From positions 29,158 to 93,157 of IMG/VR virus record IMGVR_UViG_3300031998_000042: a stretch of 64,000 bases of DNA; one strand, 5' to 3'. Origin of the DNA: a virus (lineage: Duplodnaviria; Caudoviricetes). The notes below the pieces were generated by a model. That model was not told where the DNA came from. It saw only the letters and a list, made by a program, of their open reading frames with translations, and did not search any database. Of this stretch, positions 29,401 through 42,500 are shown piece by piece (position 1 is the stretch's first letter; each line of letters begins with the position of its first letter). The translations under genes and the position numbers were made by a program.

Positions 29401-32400
29401 ATGAAGCATTAGAAGTTCTTAATCTTACCGCAGCACCCAATATAAATATTGTTGAACAAATTCAAAGAAATCTTGAAGAAAGTGCTGCAAGGGATTATGC
29501 AGAAATTGGAGATATAGATGATATTTATAAGAGTGAAACAAAAGAATCTTCTACAGCATTACAAAATCCCGCAGAAGGCACGAAAACTGAAAAGGTGGAT
29601 AATTCATCAGTCATACCACCAAATACCGATGATGACGACGTATCGTCTAAATTCGGTACGTTTGCAGTAGATAAAGCAAACAAACCTTTGCCAAAACCAA
29701 TGGCACGAATTACTGCAAATGATGATGGTTCTTTTACTTTTAGTCAAATTGATTTGAATAATCCTCTTGATAGTGATGTTCCTGTTATTGAAGGAGAAAA
29801 TGGAGAAATTGAAATAGACCTTAAAACTCTGTTTGAAGAAAATCCTGCTCATCCTATTTTTACAAATGAGGATGTTGTGAACCTTGATGGTAATACAACT
29901 TTGGATGATAATATTGAAGTTGTAGCAAATCCACAATTTGTTATAGATGATGACAATAAAGCAAAACTTGCTAATAAAGGACAAATAAGAAAACAAGGTG
30001 AAGAGGAATTAGAAGTTTCTAATACTGAATTTATTAATGCTCTTGAAACAGAAGAAGCATCTCCTGAACTCATTAAAAATGTTAAAGAAGAATTAAATAA
30101 TGCTACAGTAGAAGAATATCTAAATAGTCTTCCTGATGATAGTGCTGCACAATATCTTAGAGATTTATATGATAGACTTAAAAAAGGCGAGAAACCTATT
30201 AAGCCTGCTCCCTCTTCTACGGGGGGGCCTATAATTGTAGGTGGAAATATTGATAGAGCAGCAGAACCTGCTTATGATCCTACTAGTCTTAAAGGAGATG
30301 TTCAAATGATTATTATGAAATATCTTCGTGATAATTCTGCTTATGATGAATCTGCTATTTTAGATATTGCTAAACAACAACTAGAAGGTGTTCCAGAAGA
30401 AGATATTAAAGCACAAATTGAAGGTCTTAGAAATTGGCTTAGACGTAAATCCGAAGCTAAAGGTTATGATAAAGTAATTGCCGCTCTTGATGAATTAGAG
30501 ATGGCTTCTGAAATTCTTGATGAACAAATTAAAAATGATGGAGATACAAATAGTGCTAGAGAACTTCTTAACGGTGCTTTTAAAACAATTCTTGATGAAT
30601 ACGCAAAGCATTGTGCATTGGATGTTTACAAAGGAATTACTTATATCAATCTCACTAATTTACTTTCATATCTCAATAGTGCTACTGACAATGAATATAC
30701 CGCTGAAGTCGTATTTCAAAACATTCTTAAAGTAATTAATGCTAAGGATAGTGGATATAAGATTACAGATGGTAATTATACAGAAAATGAATATATTGCC
30801 AGAGCTAAGATGAATACTGAAGAATTATCAGAAGTAGTATCTAATGGTAGTATTCAAAAAATTAATCTTGCATCATTCTTAGATTATATCAAGCAAACAT
30901 CAGAAAGTGATGAAGAATATGAAGCACGTAGAAATGAAATACTAGATGCTGTAGAAAATGCACAAATTGGTGATAAATTGGAATATAATACTACAGATAA
31001 AGGTCGTGTAGAAATTAAATATAATGGCACTGTTATTGGTAGTATGCCTATACCTAATGTTAATAAAGAAGGTACTCATTATGTAATGATTAATGAAGGA
31101 TGGAAAACAGATGTTCCAATAAATGATGGAGATAGTGCATTTTATAAAATGCTTGAAGAAATTTTTGTAAGTGGTAAATATGATAGTATTGTATCACTTA
31201 TAAGAAATGCAACATATACTCCTGTAACTAAAAAAGTTGATGGAAAATATGTTCTCAATGAAGATTTTATAAAAGCTGCAGATATAATTATAGACAAAAT
31301 ACGAGAAATTGAAGGTATTAATATAGATGAACTTATATCTGATAAAAATAATGCTGGAAATATACAATATTCTAATGTAGATAGAGTAAAGCACCTTATA
31401 AAACTTTATAGTTATGTAAAAAGTATTAGTGAAAAACAAGCTGTTGCTAGTAAAGAGAATCTTGATTCTAATCCTCTTATGGGTGAACTTCAAAGATTAT
31501 CTCTTAATGGATGGATGTCTAAACTTAAAAATAGTTATGATGCTCTTCGTGCTTTAGCTACAGATGATAATCTTGATATTGAAATTGCTAGTATTACAGA
31601 AGGCGGTCCAATTACTACAGATGAATTACATCCCATTAACGAAGCTATTGGTGATAAACATAAAGGTAAGATTCAATTAGCTGTAAGTAGTGTTACACAA
31701 CCTGGTGTTCTTCACGTTTCTGGAAGTGATACTGTTAGTGATCCAGGTATTATGGCTGGTAGAAGTCGTATTGTCATTAATAGTAAACAATCTTGGAATG
31801 TGAAAGCTATTCCTGCTAAATTTGATTCTATTAATTTTAAAGGAAATGAAGCTGGTGAAATTATTAAGGAAATTATCGATGAATTTGATAAAATTCTTAA
31901 TAGATGGGGAGAAAAGCCTACAAAAACAGATTTAAGTGAATTAGAAAAGTTTATTAAAACACTTACTTCAAGAAATGCTGGTAATCAACCTTTCGTTCAA
32001 GGTATACGTATTACTAATAAAAGTGATGAAAATCATATTAATCTTGAATGTACTACAGAAAATGGTATATATTATATAAACTTTTGGAATAAAAGTTCTA
32101 AAGAGAAAACTGCTTCTAATGTAGAAATAATAGAAAGAGATACAAATAAGAAAACTCTTGAGCCACAATCTTATTTAAAGAGTACAACTAAGGCTCCAGC
32201 TCGTGATGCAGTTCTTGATTTATTGAAGAAATCTATGGGATTTAATATGAATCCTAATTATGTTATTTCTGACAATAATAGAACATATCCTTTACAAGGT
32301 ATAGCAAAACGTAATAAAGAAGGTAAATTTGTTATCAAAATTGGTGAAAACAAAGAACATGTTTTTGACAGTTATGCAGATTTTGTTATAGGTCAGAATG

Positions 32401-33581
32401 TTGTTAATGTTAACACTATGCATGATGATGAAGGTAGTAATGTTGTTTCTATAGTTGATGGTGGTAATATTACATTTAAGATAAATTCTAAAACTAGCTC
32501 CCCCGTAGAAGAAAGAAAGACAGGTACACCTATTAGAAATCTTGGTGAAGAAACTCTTAAAATTCTTGAAAGAGGTGGAGATAATGTAGGTTTAGATATA
32601 TTCAAATTAGTATTAAATGATACCCAGTTAAAGAATCTTAAAAATAGTAAGATTTTAGAGCATATTACACCAAAAAATATTATCTTTGTATCAGGATTTG
32701 AACATATTGCTGCTTTTGAACCTGTTGCTAAAGATATTAATGGTGTTCATGTTCCTGCTGGATATGTTGTTATAGGACAGAAATTTATTGACTTACTCAA
32801 TAGTAAATCTGAAAATGCTGCTGCTGATCACCTTGAAGCTATAAGACATCTTATTCATGAAGGTCTTCATAGTATTCTCTCTAATCCAGAGAATAAAAAA
32901 GCAGTTGATGCTATTAGAGAAATATTTGATAAATTTGTAGAAGCTAATCAATCTCTTCCTGAAAATGAAGGAATAAGATTATTTGAATATACTTTCTCAG
33001 AAGATGCTAAAAAGAGGTATTATACAGATGGTAAAATTAATCTTAAAGGACTTGAAGAATTTCTTGTAGAAAGTCTTACTAGACCTGTTCTTATGAAACG
33101 ACTTAACGAAATTAGTCAAAATAATAGAAAAGTTGGTTCAGAAAGAGATATTAAATATACTAGAGGTAATTTATTCCAAAGACTTCTTTCAGCACTTGCA
33201 GATTTATTAGGTATTAAGATTAATAAAAATAGTCTTCTTAGTAGAGAATATGAAATCTTTAGAGATTTGTTTAAAACTGCTAAAGAAACAACTCCAAAAG
33301 TAAGTGAAAATGGTCAGTTAGAATTAGAATTTAAAGAAGAAACAGAAGAAACTAAACCTGCTGAAGAAAAAGTTGAAGAGGAAGTTGAAGAAGAAGTTGA
33401 AGAAAAACCAGCAGAAGAAAGGTATAATTTTGATGATACAGAAGGAGTATTTAGTGAAATATCTGATGAATTTGTTTCTAGTAAAGCTATTTCAGATAAA
33501 CTTGCAGAACATAGTGTAGATGATTCAAGAAAATTCGAGAAAATGTTAAATGAAGGTTTAATTAATATAACTTGTAAATAA
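26484..33581 (+). CDS. Large ejected cargo protein with C-terminal zincin (HExxH) domain
   Basis: 2365 aa; HLIHEGLHSIL at about 32856-32870 plus 'LEEFLVE'; N-terminal Gly-rich membrane-like helices. Confidence 0.75.
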   Translation: MGVFDSIIYGVKTYTPGTVFSDAQSVPTEQDKILDIAVSESAKRLAESPTSIGYELNRLGDADKYSKVGLQRNIELLRAQREGNLEKILADSQSNFQKTRNALAQTLVSEVGLGTLKGFSDLFDLTIGNVINLSQGVEQDYENPVSAFLAEKQKEFEEYMPIYSDPTRNTMWDGGLGNWGWWMQNVPSIMSSLTLMIPGEGIVAGLSKVGKLAKLGKLGKGIRRATTLGRRAMGIERAEKAEQMAKLGISAGTSRLIENYQEANQVYQDMYEDAAARFKEMSQPEYEAWVERHRDDFDENFDFSDKDAVAKNIAKQSANETFVDDLWNGVFDVYQLYALKNVTRIMNAPLRASVRRKHLDSMKYIDKMDKIDEIKAARKWYQKLGEKVGDYAYGSATAIGAELSEGIEEAVNYIAQQEGMHFGKVLLEQEAPSPTTRRLLQEYMMAPELYDSAFWGVLGGVVFQGLGSAVKRAENVIATQTDDRYKTNEKTGEQIKKPTLLESWTLPEIKMRTANIEARTKTVNDALNAIQQIKDGTYKDSNGNTPTTESEKEVARREVFNNMVTEVLLQSQDAGNYDLAKEFLTNDNVIKFLVDNGITTEESAAETKASIESKVEQLDALYDKHFRAIDNALRGRDRISGVDLEDMPIEYFKIVARQNIKHELKSQDYNEKADKIEEEIKHLEEQNADNLEGKNYRQQIEHVVVVVNYVEALKSLDALENDTKNRGTLLNQHLIKEQKKKIKTLEDYIVRTSSPTDTSIDKMARFLSAYQQGRNSLLSNTTDPARRREIAEKYKAFDEAILRKDINFFKKLSDVFGSLDTETEPMQTLESAVHQATILNQDIERNLKDKNKFYSEVAEFSQDLANDYARVTDLRLASIMENAMVSTKKSDIIDTIDALHNTFFNETGTLSMRAIAIENANDHLLRLAKEYGSENVLAYINAKLKANKGQGFEELGTTNEIEGMSAQHKRTLDEALEVLNLTAAPNINIVEQIQRNLEESAARDYAEIGDIDDIYKSETKESSTALQNPAEGTKTEKVDNSSVIPPNTDDDDVSSKFGTFAVDKANKPLPKPMARITANDDGSFTFSQIDLNNPLDSDVPVIEGENGEIEIDLKTLFEENPAHPIFTNEDVVNLDGNTTLDDNIEVVANPQFVIDDDNKAKLANKGQIRKQGEEELEVSNTEFINALETEEASPELIKNVKEELNNATVEEYLNSLPDDSAAQYLRDLYDRLKKGEKPIKPAPSSTGGPIIVGGNIDRAAEPAYDPTSLKGDVQMIIMKYLRDNSAYDESAILDIAKQQLEGVPEEDIKAQIEGLRNWLRRKSEAKGYDKVIAALDELEMASEILDEQIKNDGDTNSARELLNGAFKTILDEYAKHCALDVYKGITYINLTNLLSYLNSATDNEYTAEVVFQNILKVINAKDSGYKITDGNYTENEYIARAKMNTEELSEVVSNGSIQKINLASFLDYIKQTSESDEEYEARRNEILDAVENAQIGDKLEYNTTDKGRVEIKYNGTVIGSMPIPNVNKEGTHYVMINEGWKTDVPINDGDSAFYKMLEEIFVSGKYDSIVSLIRNATYTPVTKKVDGKYVLNEDFIKAADIIIDKIREIEGINIDELISDKNNAGNIQYSNVDRVKHLIKLYSYVKSISEKQAVASKENLDSNPLMGELQRLSLNGWMSKLKNSYDALRALATDDNLDIEIASITEGGPITTDELHPINEAIGDKHKGKIQLAVSSVTQPGVLHVSGSDTVSDPGIMAGRSRIVINSKQSWNVKAIPAKFDSINFKGNEAGEIIKEIIDEFDKILNRWGEKPTKTDLSELEKFIKTLTSRNAGNQPFVQGIRITNKSDENHINLECTTENGIYYINFWNKSSKEKTASNVEIIERDTNKKTLEPQSYLKSTTKAPARDAVLDLLKKSMGFNMNPNYVISDNNRTYPLQGIAKRNKEGKFVIKIGENKEHVFDSYADFVIGQNVVNVNTMHDDEGSNVVSIVDGGNITFKINSKTSSPVEERKTGTPIRNLGEETLKILERGGDNVGLDIFKLVLNDTQLKNLKNSKILEHITPKNIIFVSGFEHIAAFEPVAKDINGVHVPAGYVVIGQKFIDLLNSKSENAAADHLEAIRHLIHEGLHSILSNPENKKAVDAIREIFDKFVEANQSLPENEGIRLFEYTFSEDAKKRYYTDGKINLKGLEEFLVESLTRPVLMKRLNEISQNNRKVGSERDIKYTRGNLFQRLLSALADLLGIKINKNSLLSREYEIFRDLFKTAKETTPKVSENGQLELEFKEETEETKPAEEKVEEEVEEEVEEKPAEERYNFDDTEGVFSEISDEFVSSKAISDKLAEHSVDDSRKFEKMLNEGLINITCK
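28835..28844 (+). repeat. CCCCCGTAGA motif copy 9 (1 mismatch; in CDS, encodes PARRR)
   Basis: gaccccgcccgtagaagag. Confidence 0.8.
30216..30225 (-). repeat. CCCCCGTAGA motif copy 10 (in CDS, encodes SSTGG)
   Basis: cctcttctacgggggggcc. Confidence 0.95.
32500..32509 (+). repeat. CCCCCGTAGA motif copy 11 (in CDS, encodes SPVEE)
   Basis: agctcccccgtagaagaaag. Confidence 0.95.
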
Positions 33582-33583
33582 TT

Positions 33584-36500
33584 ATGGCTTGTACTATTAA
33601 AGTTGATTTTACAAGAGCCGCATCTCTTAAAAATCTTAGTGATTATTGTGGTACAAATTGTACTATGTTTTATTCATATTTAACATCTGTTTTTAAAGAT
33701 GTTACATCTGATGGTAATCTTCAATTCACTGATGATTTCAAAAAGTTTGTTGGTGATATAGAATTAGATGTAAATAATATGAATGGTGAAACTCTTAAAA
33801 ATAAGATTATAGAGTTTTACAATAACAAGTATGCTAGTGTATATTCTGCTGCCAGAGAAACTCGTGCCTATGATAAGGTACGAGTTTATGGCTATAGTAG
33901 TATTGCTGCTAGAGAAGATAGTAAGAAATATGGAGCAGAAGTTGTAATATCTTATTTTCATAAAAACGAAAATCAAGGTTTGAATGAAAAACTTAAAGAT
34001 AAAAGAGATTTTTACAAAGCTGCTGTTAAACATGAACTTGAAAAGTTTTTATATGCTCGTTTAGGTTTTGCTGCTAAAAAGAGTGCAGATGAAATTAAAA
34101 AAGAACTTGAAACAGAGTCTATTGGAAATCTTCTTGATAAATATAATGCTGGAGTTCAATTAAGAAATCTTGCTGCATTTTATGTAGAATTTACAGGTAG
34201 TGAAGATTTATTTAATGAAATTCTGTATGATAGTCGTTTAAGTGGCATTAAGTTTGATAAGAAAAGTGAAGATGATGAACAAACTGATACTGCTGGTGAT
34301 GAAACATTCCAAGATGAAGATTTTAATGCAGAAGATACAAGTGATGAGACAGAATATGATGTAACAATCAGAGTTCTTGATAATAAGCTTGGAGCATATA
34401 CTGATTATATGACTCATATCGGAGCTAATATTAAAGCTCTTCTTGGTTCTATTAAGAAACTTAATGATGGTAGTCCTGATGGAAGACTTGGTAAAAGATG
34501 GGATTATGACCTTGATAATAATCTTGGTCTTCCAATGGCTATGAATGCCAATGAATGTGCTACTGTACTCTATCACTATGGAGATTATACAAGTCCTGAG
34601 CTTATGATGGAAAGTATCAAGCGTATTGCTACTACTCTTCCAGGTTTTGCTGGATTCCATATGCTGTATGATACTCTTAAAGGTAATTTAGATTTACAAG
34701 CTGATTTTTATAGAACATTTGGTAAAACTGTTATTGGTAAGTTAGAAACTGTTGTTAAAGACGGTAAAACTACTAACAGGATTTCTAACAATACTTCTAG
34801 TAAAATAGATGCTTTAAGATTTGAATATCTTAATAGTGTTAAAGTATCTTCTACACAAATGAATGTAGAATTTGCTAAATCTGAACTTGAAAATCTTAAA
34901 GTAAAGTTTAAAGGTTTTAAAGCATTTCCTACAGATAAGAAGTATAGACAAGAGTTAGAAGATATGCTTTATAAGCAACTTAAGAGATATTATACTAATA
35001 TTGATCCAATCACTATTAGAAATTATCTTAGAATGCATAATCAGAGTGATGTTGAAAATATCAATACTACTCAACAAAATGCTCAGTTGCTTATTACTAT
35101 TCTTGAACAAACTGTAAATGCCTCTGCAAATACACAACAAAATTATAGAGATAGACAAGCTGCTATTTCTGTTGCATTTGCTAAGAATAAAAGACGTGAA
35201 CAATTACAAGAAGAAACAGGAGAATATATTGGTGGTTTTGAAGATTTAAATGCACTTTATTCTAAGCCTTTTGTTGATGAAGGTTTTAATAAAGTTGTTG
35301 TTGATTTAGCAACTCTTCTTTCTCCTTATAGCCTTGTAAAAGTTGATTTGAACTCTGTCAATATTCATGGTAATCAATCTTCAGATGTTATCAATAGTAG
35401 TATGATTACTAACATTATGAAGACTCTTACTAGTGCTCTTAATACTCCAACAATGGATGGTAAATATCCAGACCATTGTCCTCTTGTAAATCTTGGAGAA
35501 TATAGATTTAAGAGTCAGCAATATGATTTTAGTAATATAATGTTAGAACATAGGACTGAAAATGGTGATGTTATTTATGGTTTGTTTAGAGAAACAGAAG
35601 ATGGTAAGAGAGTTCCTACTGAATATGCTACAGAATTATTAAGATTTAATCTTTTTAATGGTTCTTCTAATTTAGAAGATGATAATTCTGTATTATATGC
35701 AGAAATGAGTAAAGGTGATTATATTGGTACCGCTTGGATTAATTTCTTTACTGAAAGTAAAAATTCAAGTGGTATTAATACTGCTGATTATTTCCTTCGT
35801 ATTCCTTCAGATGCACCTAAAACTTTTACTTGTCGTGCTCCTAAATATTCTGTTAAAGGTTTATTCCAAATAACTAATCAAAAAGAAATCAATGATAAAA
35901 TTAGTGCAAAGATACAAGAAATTGATGATAAGACTATTAAGAATTTAGATGATATTAAAGATGTAGTTTTTGAAGGTAGACCTGTTGTAATAAGTAAGAA
36001 TGGTAAAGGTTTAAATAAGAAAGATTTTATTAAACAAGTTACTTCTGACGAACCTATTAATATTAGAATTCCTTCTTCTAAAAAGAGTAAGAAATTTGTT
36101 AATGGTAGTACTGTATCTGTTATGTTTGCCTATAAGTCATCTCCAAATGATGAACTTACAGATAACAATTATGTAATGGAAGGTACTATTAAAATAGATG
36201 ATGAAGGTAAAGTTTCTTTAACAAATGCTACTTTTAAAGGTTTTGTTGAAACTGAAAAGACTAAAACAGAACCTGCTAGAAGTTTTAATCCTGAACTTTG
36301 GTCTGAAATTAGAGAATCTTTATTTAAGAGATTAGATGATGCTGGAGAAGTACAACGTAGTGCTAATACAAAACATGTTATTTTCCAAGCATTTAGAAAT
36401 GCTTTCTTACAAGAACTTACTGATGCTGCTACAGCAGTAGATGTAATCTTTGATACAAAAGTAGAAGAAGATGGTTCTAAAATATTAGGTCTTAAGAAAG

Positions 36501-39500
36501 GTAAACCTGCTATTAAGAAAGAATATTCTAAGAGTACTAAAGGTCTTAGTGAAAACTATCATCATAAGAAAGGCAAAATTGTAGAAACTTCTAATGGTAA
36601 ACATAAACTTGTAGGTAATGTTTTCCATAGTGATAGATTTATTATTTATGATAGAGAAGGAAATGAAACTACAAATTATGGTGAAAAGATATTAGAAGAA
36701 GCATTTGATTTCTTCTACGGGGGTGCCCCAAGACATAATTTTGCTTTCAGGTATAAGACAAATGATAATGGTAAATTAGAAGTTGTACTTTCTGCTGAAC
36801 AAGAAGAAGTTATTGAGAAATATCTTAATCAATTTATCTCTGATTATATTGAAAATATTAGAGGTAGATTATCACCATTTAATGGATTTATTAAGGGTAC
36901 TGCAATAAATACAGATAATATTGCAGAATTTATCCTTAATCATCATCTTATGTATATCAACTTTAATGATTTACTTGAAGGTGATAGTAAATATTATAAA
37001 GGTGCTCAAGATTTTCTCAAACGTGCAAAAGAATCTCAAGGTTCTGGTGTACCTTATGGTATTGTAGATTTCACAGAAAGATTAGATGCTCCAAGACATC
37101 AAGTTCCTAGTGCTCTTGAAAGTCTTACTTTTGGTCCAAAAGGATATAAAGTAGAACAATTTAATAGATTTAGAGCAGTTACTGTTAAAAATACAGTTAA
37201 AACTGATACTCCTATGCTTGAACAAATGGTTAAAATTCTTACTGATAAAAATTATATGGGTGAGAATGTTTTAACCGAAGATATAGCTAGAGATTTGATG
37301 TACGGTCCAATTGATGAAAAAGATGGCAAACGTAAAGGTGGTTATCAACAAGTTATTGTAAACGATGCTCAATCTTATATTACTTTTGATGAGTGGGTTA
37401 GACGTATTGCTGCTAGAGGTCAAATTAATAAGTATAAACCACTTATTGATAAGATTCTTAATGAAGACGAGCCTTTAACAGTTAATGATATTGAACAATT
37501 TGTACAAGTTCAAAAGAACTTTTACTATGACCAATATTATAATCCTGAAACAAGAACTGTAATGCCTCGTCAGATTAAAAATGCAGAGTTTGTTCTTGTT
37601 CCTAGATTGATTAAAGGTACTCAACTTGAAATTGTTGAGAAACTTATGCAAAAATATGGTATTGACCAACTTAATACAGCTGAAACTTCTAAGGCAGGTA
37701 AGTCTTATATTCTTGAAGTGTTTGATGAAAAGACTGGTGATGTTAAACAAGATATAATTGATGAATTTGCTGAGAATAGTGAATCTACAAGCGAATTTGG
37801 TCTTGTTGCTAAAGATGCTACAGAATTGTATAATTATAATTATCTTTATACACAACAAGAAACTCCTCAACATATCAATGCTAAAAATAAAGCAGGTATT
37901 CAAGTTGTAAAGAAATTATTTGATAATATTCCTGAAGATAGTCCTCTTGCTAAATATAAGCATGATTTCTTTGAACAATATTCTAATAATATTATTGATT
38001 CTTTCCAAACTCTTATGGAAGAATTTGATATTGAATTGGATGACAATGGTAATATCAAATTAAATAAAGTTGGAGAAATTAATAAAATTAATTATGAAAA
38101 GTTCTATGAAAGGCTTAGAGAAGAACTTGCAAGACTAGGTATGGATAGCAATATGATTGATTATTGTACTCAATCTGGAGAAGTACTTAATCGTGATACT
38201 GTTATGCCTAATTATATGAGTCTTGTTGCGGTAAAACTTGAAAATATTGCACAATCTCTATTTAATTCTAGAATTACTCGTCAAACTCTTCCTGGTTTCC
38301 ATGCTGCACAAGTAACAGGAGTAGGTTTCCAACCTCTTTCTGCACAAGTAGATAATGTTCTTCAATCTGGTGATTTAAAATATCACCCTAATGGTGAACC
38401 TTATATTGAAGTTATGTTACCTGCTGCAAATTTTGGTTTTGATAGAAGTAATCCAGCATATAAAGGTTTATCTAAAGAAGATCAAGATAGAACGTTCTTA
38501 AGTCAACTTAGAGCAAAAGGTCTTGATATGATTATAGGCTATCGTATTCCAACAGAAGGTAAACAATCTGCTTGTAATATGAAAGTTGTAGGATTTACCG
38601 ATGATGCTTTAGGTTCCACAATTGTTGTTCCAGATGCTTGGGTTGCTCAAACAGGTTCTGACTTCGATATTGACTCGGTTTATGGTATTCAATATAATAC
38701 ATATATTGATAAAGATGGTTCTATTCATAAGGTACAATATTACGATAGTTATGAAAAACCTTACTTTGATTATGTAAGACGTAATGTATCTAAAGAGGAA
38801 TGGAATAGAATATTTGAATACGCTAAACTTGAAGATGATGAAATAAAAGAAATTAAACAATATGTAAATTATTGGAAACGTAAAGACCCAGATGCAGGTA
38901 TTGATTATAATACTTTCATAGATGAATTAAAAGCGTCTAGTAGAAAAATTTTAGCAGAAGAAATTGAACGTCTTGTAAAAGAACATAATCTTATGTCCTT
39001 TAAAGACTTTTCTAAACAATCTATTTCTAAGGCTAATTCTAGACAAGCAAGAGAGAATAAGATTCTTGATGATATGATTTCTATTCTTTCTAGTCCTGAA
39101 GCTCTTGAAGAAAACCTTTCTCGTTCTAATTTTGATGATGTTCTTGCAGCATTTGATAAATGTATGACTGAATCTTTTGCTAAAGAAAGAGCAAGTCGTA
39201 GTCCTTATAATTTCTTTGACCAAGCAGAATATCAAGAAGATGCAATGAGTGGTGCTAAACTTAAAGCGTTTAGTGTTACTCGTGATACTATGGTATCTGT
39301 ATGTAATACAGTAAGACCTACACTTTCTAATAGTGCAAAAGTATCTGTTGTATATTCTGGTGAAAAATATTCAGAAGATGAACTTGTAAAGAGATTTGGT
39401 AAAGATAATGTAGAAAAAATTGGTAAGAATTTTAAAGTTACTCATACAATGTTTGGATGGTCATTAGATAATAAGAACATTGATGGTAAAATTCTTACTG

Positions 39501-42500
39501 CTTATTCTTCACAAACTACTGCACATATTCTTGATGCCATTAAGTCTGGTAATATTCCCAATGTTAATGATTTAACATTCCAAGTTTATAAGACTATTGT
39601 CGATGTTGGTTCTAATTATGATACTGCTGTTTCATTTATGATGCAGCCTGGTGTTCGTCGTATCGTTGAGGCATATAACTCTTCTAAGTCTATTTATGCT
39701 AAAGACAATAATAGAAATTATATTGGAACAGCAATTAGAGAAATAGCTACAGAACTTGGTATCGATGTTGGTAAAAATGCTAAAATTGATGACATTCTTG
39801 CAGAAATTAATTCTGAATATGAGGATATTATTAATGCAATATTTGGTGTAGAAAAGACAGATTTAGCATTAAATGATGATGATATTGGTAATCTTGCTTT
39901 AAATCCTGAACTTCAACTTTCTCGTCTACAAGGTGTTGAATCTTTTGCTGAAGGCACCCCCGTAGAAGAAATGGATGAAAACAGAGATGCTGATACTATT
40001 GCACTTATTTATGACTTATGTGTTATTCTTCAATATAACAGACTTAATAATCTTGCTAGAAAAGTTGGTGATTTAGCACGAGTATGTAATCCTGATAAAT
40101 TTGGTGCAAAGCAAACAATATTTGCAACTAATGATATTTTTGATCAAATTGCTACATTTGATGAACAAGGTAATATTGAAGGTGGTTTATTAGCAGATGA
40201 AAATTTCCCATTACTTGTTAATGGTAAACATTTTATTGACGCTATTTATCCTGGTGTAAGAGATGGTTTGGATGCTTTCATACAATCTGATACTACTCCA
40301 GAGGCTAGTGCTTATCCTCCATTATTTACATTCCTTAAATATGCTACAGCAAGTTCTATTAAAGTAAATAAGAAATTATTTGTTACTCAAGAAACTAACT
40401 TTGTAGAACATATTAGAAGTTTGCAAAGTCTTCTTGCAGGTGGTCAAAGAATAGATGAAAAGACTTATAAAGCATTTCAAAATTACTTTATTTCTTATTT
40501 ATCTAAACGTGCTAGATTTATTAATCAACCTCTTCATTTTAGTATAGAACCTGGTGGTAAGTATGGTTTTGATTATCTTAGTAAAGATAATGGAACCAAA
40601 AATGAAGATGAATTTGAAAGAGTCTATGGCTATGGTTGTAGACCTGATATGAAGATTGAAATTGAAGAGGATTATTATGATGAAGAAGAATCTAAGAAAC
40701 AAGGTAAAGCCGTTTATACTAAAGGAACTCGTCTTGTAGAATTTACTGTTAAGGATATTAATAATCCTACTCAAGAAGAAATTAATTTGTTTGAAAAATT
40801 CTCTCCTGCTCAGAAAGTTTATTGGTTGCAACAGAATCTTAGAGAAGGTGAAAAGGGAATACTTGAACATATTAGAACAAGTCTTTTTAATGATAGGATG
40901 AGTCGTAAGAGTAAGTATGGTGCTCAAACTATGGAATTTGCAGAAACTACTCAAGATAAAGAAACTCTTTATGCAGAATTTGAACTTGGTTTTTCTAGCA
41001 AAAATCCTCTTATTGCTCTTACTCATGCAGATATTCTTAAATATGCCTTTATTATAGAAGGTTATAAAATAGGTAGAAATAATGTTTCTAAACTTATTAA
41101 GAATTCTGTACTTGTTAATGGTGGCAAAATTTACGGTACTAATATTGTTAATGATATGAACCGTGAAATGGCACTTCGTGATGAAACTCTTGCAGGAAAA
41201 GAATTTGATGCTCTTAAAGAAGATTTCTTACGTAGTCATCCAAACATTAAAGGACTTAATAGAAGATATGTTAAATGGACTAAGAATGGTTATGACCTTA
41301 TTCGTAGAGCTTCAGGTATTATTCAAATAGGTAATACTAAAGAAGGAGAAGAGATTCTTGAAAAGTATGGATTTGGTTATAGAACTACTCGTGGGGATTT
41401 TAAAACTAATAAGTACGGTAATCTTACTTTTGGTAATAAAACAACTCTCTATAAACTTATTAATGATAAAAATGGTTCTTATTTCTTAATTCCTCTTAAT
41501 AAACTTGAAGAAAATGAGAATGGAGAATGGTCTTCTAATCCTGCAAATAATGTATATCCTGCACAAGATTATTATCTGAATGTTATAGACAATTGGATTA
41601 GAGATAAAGAAAAAGACCAAGTATTTACTGCTGATAAGTTTAAAGAATCTGCTGCTAAAGTAAATGTTGAAGAATATAAGGCACCTAAACAAAAAGAACT
41701 TAGTACAAAGATGCCTATTCCTCTTACCAAAGCAGATAAAGATGCTGGTTTTTATGATCATCTTGGTAAAGAAGTTGCTAATTGGCTGAAGAATGATAAA
41801 TCTCGTAAACTCATTATAGTTAATGGCGGTTTAGATTCTCATATTAAAGCTAATGGTGAGGAATATGGATTAACTGATGGTATTGTTGTTACTGAAAAAG
41901 ATAATAATGGTAACGATGTTAAACGTGCTCTTGGTACATTTAAGATTTATCGCCATAAAGATACAAAATGGCTTATCAAGACTTATGTATTAGGAGATAA
42001 TGCTAAACGTGATATATCTAAACTTCCTCAAGATAAACAAGATATTGTTACTAAATGTCGTGAAATGGGTATTCAAAGTACTTCATTTAAAGACATTTAT
42101 GTGGTTGAACCTACGAATAATGAATCTATGACTGAAGGTGAACAAGAAGACCAAGAAATGTTGAGTGCTATTCTTGATAAAGCCCTGTCACAACAAGTTA
42201 AAGGTGTAAATAGGCGTAGTGCAACATCCGATGAAAGAGCAAGATTTGTTAGAAAGACATTTAATGATAAAGGTGTTACATCTAAATTAGATAGTGTTAC
42301 AAAACATAACACCGATATTGTTATGGAAATGGCTAAATATCTTAGTGAAACTTGTGGAGAAATTCTTAGTGATTTAAATCATTTCTGTCAAGATGCTGAA
42401 GGTAAATGGCATAGTGTCTTAGATAAAGAAAGTTTAGAATTAATTAAGAAAGATAAGAATGAACGTAAACGTTATGGAGAACTTATTCTTAATGCAAAAG

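Noticed and set aside
29548-29580. Degenerate motif-like pair tcttctacag...cccgcagaagg
   Set aside because: Lacks the C5/G5 core, so not counted as motif copies.
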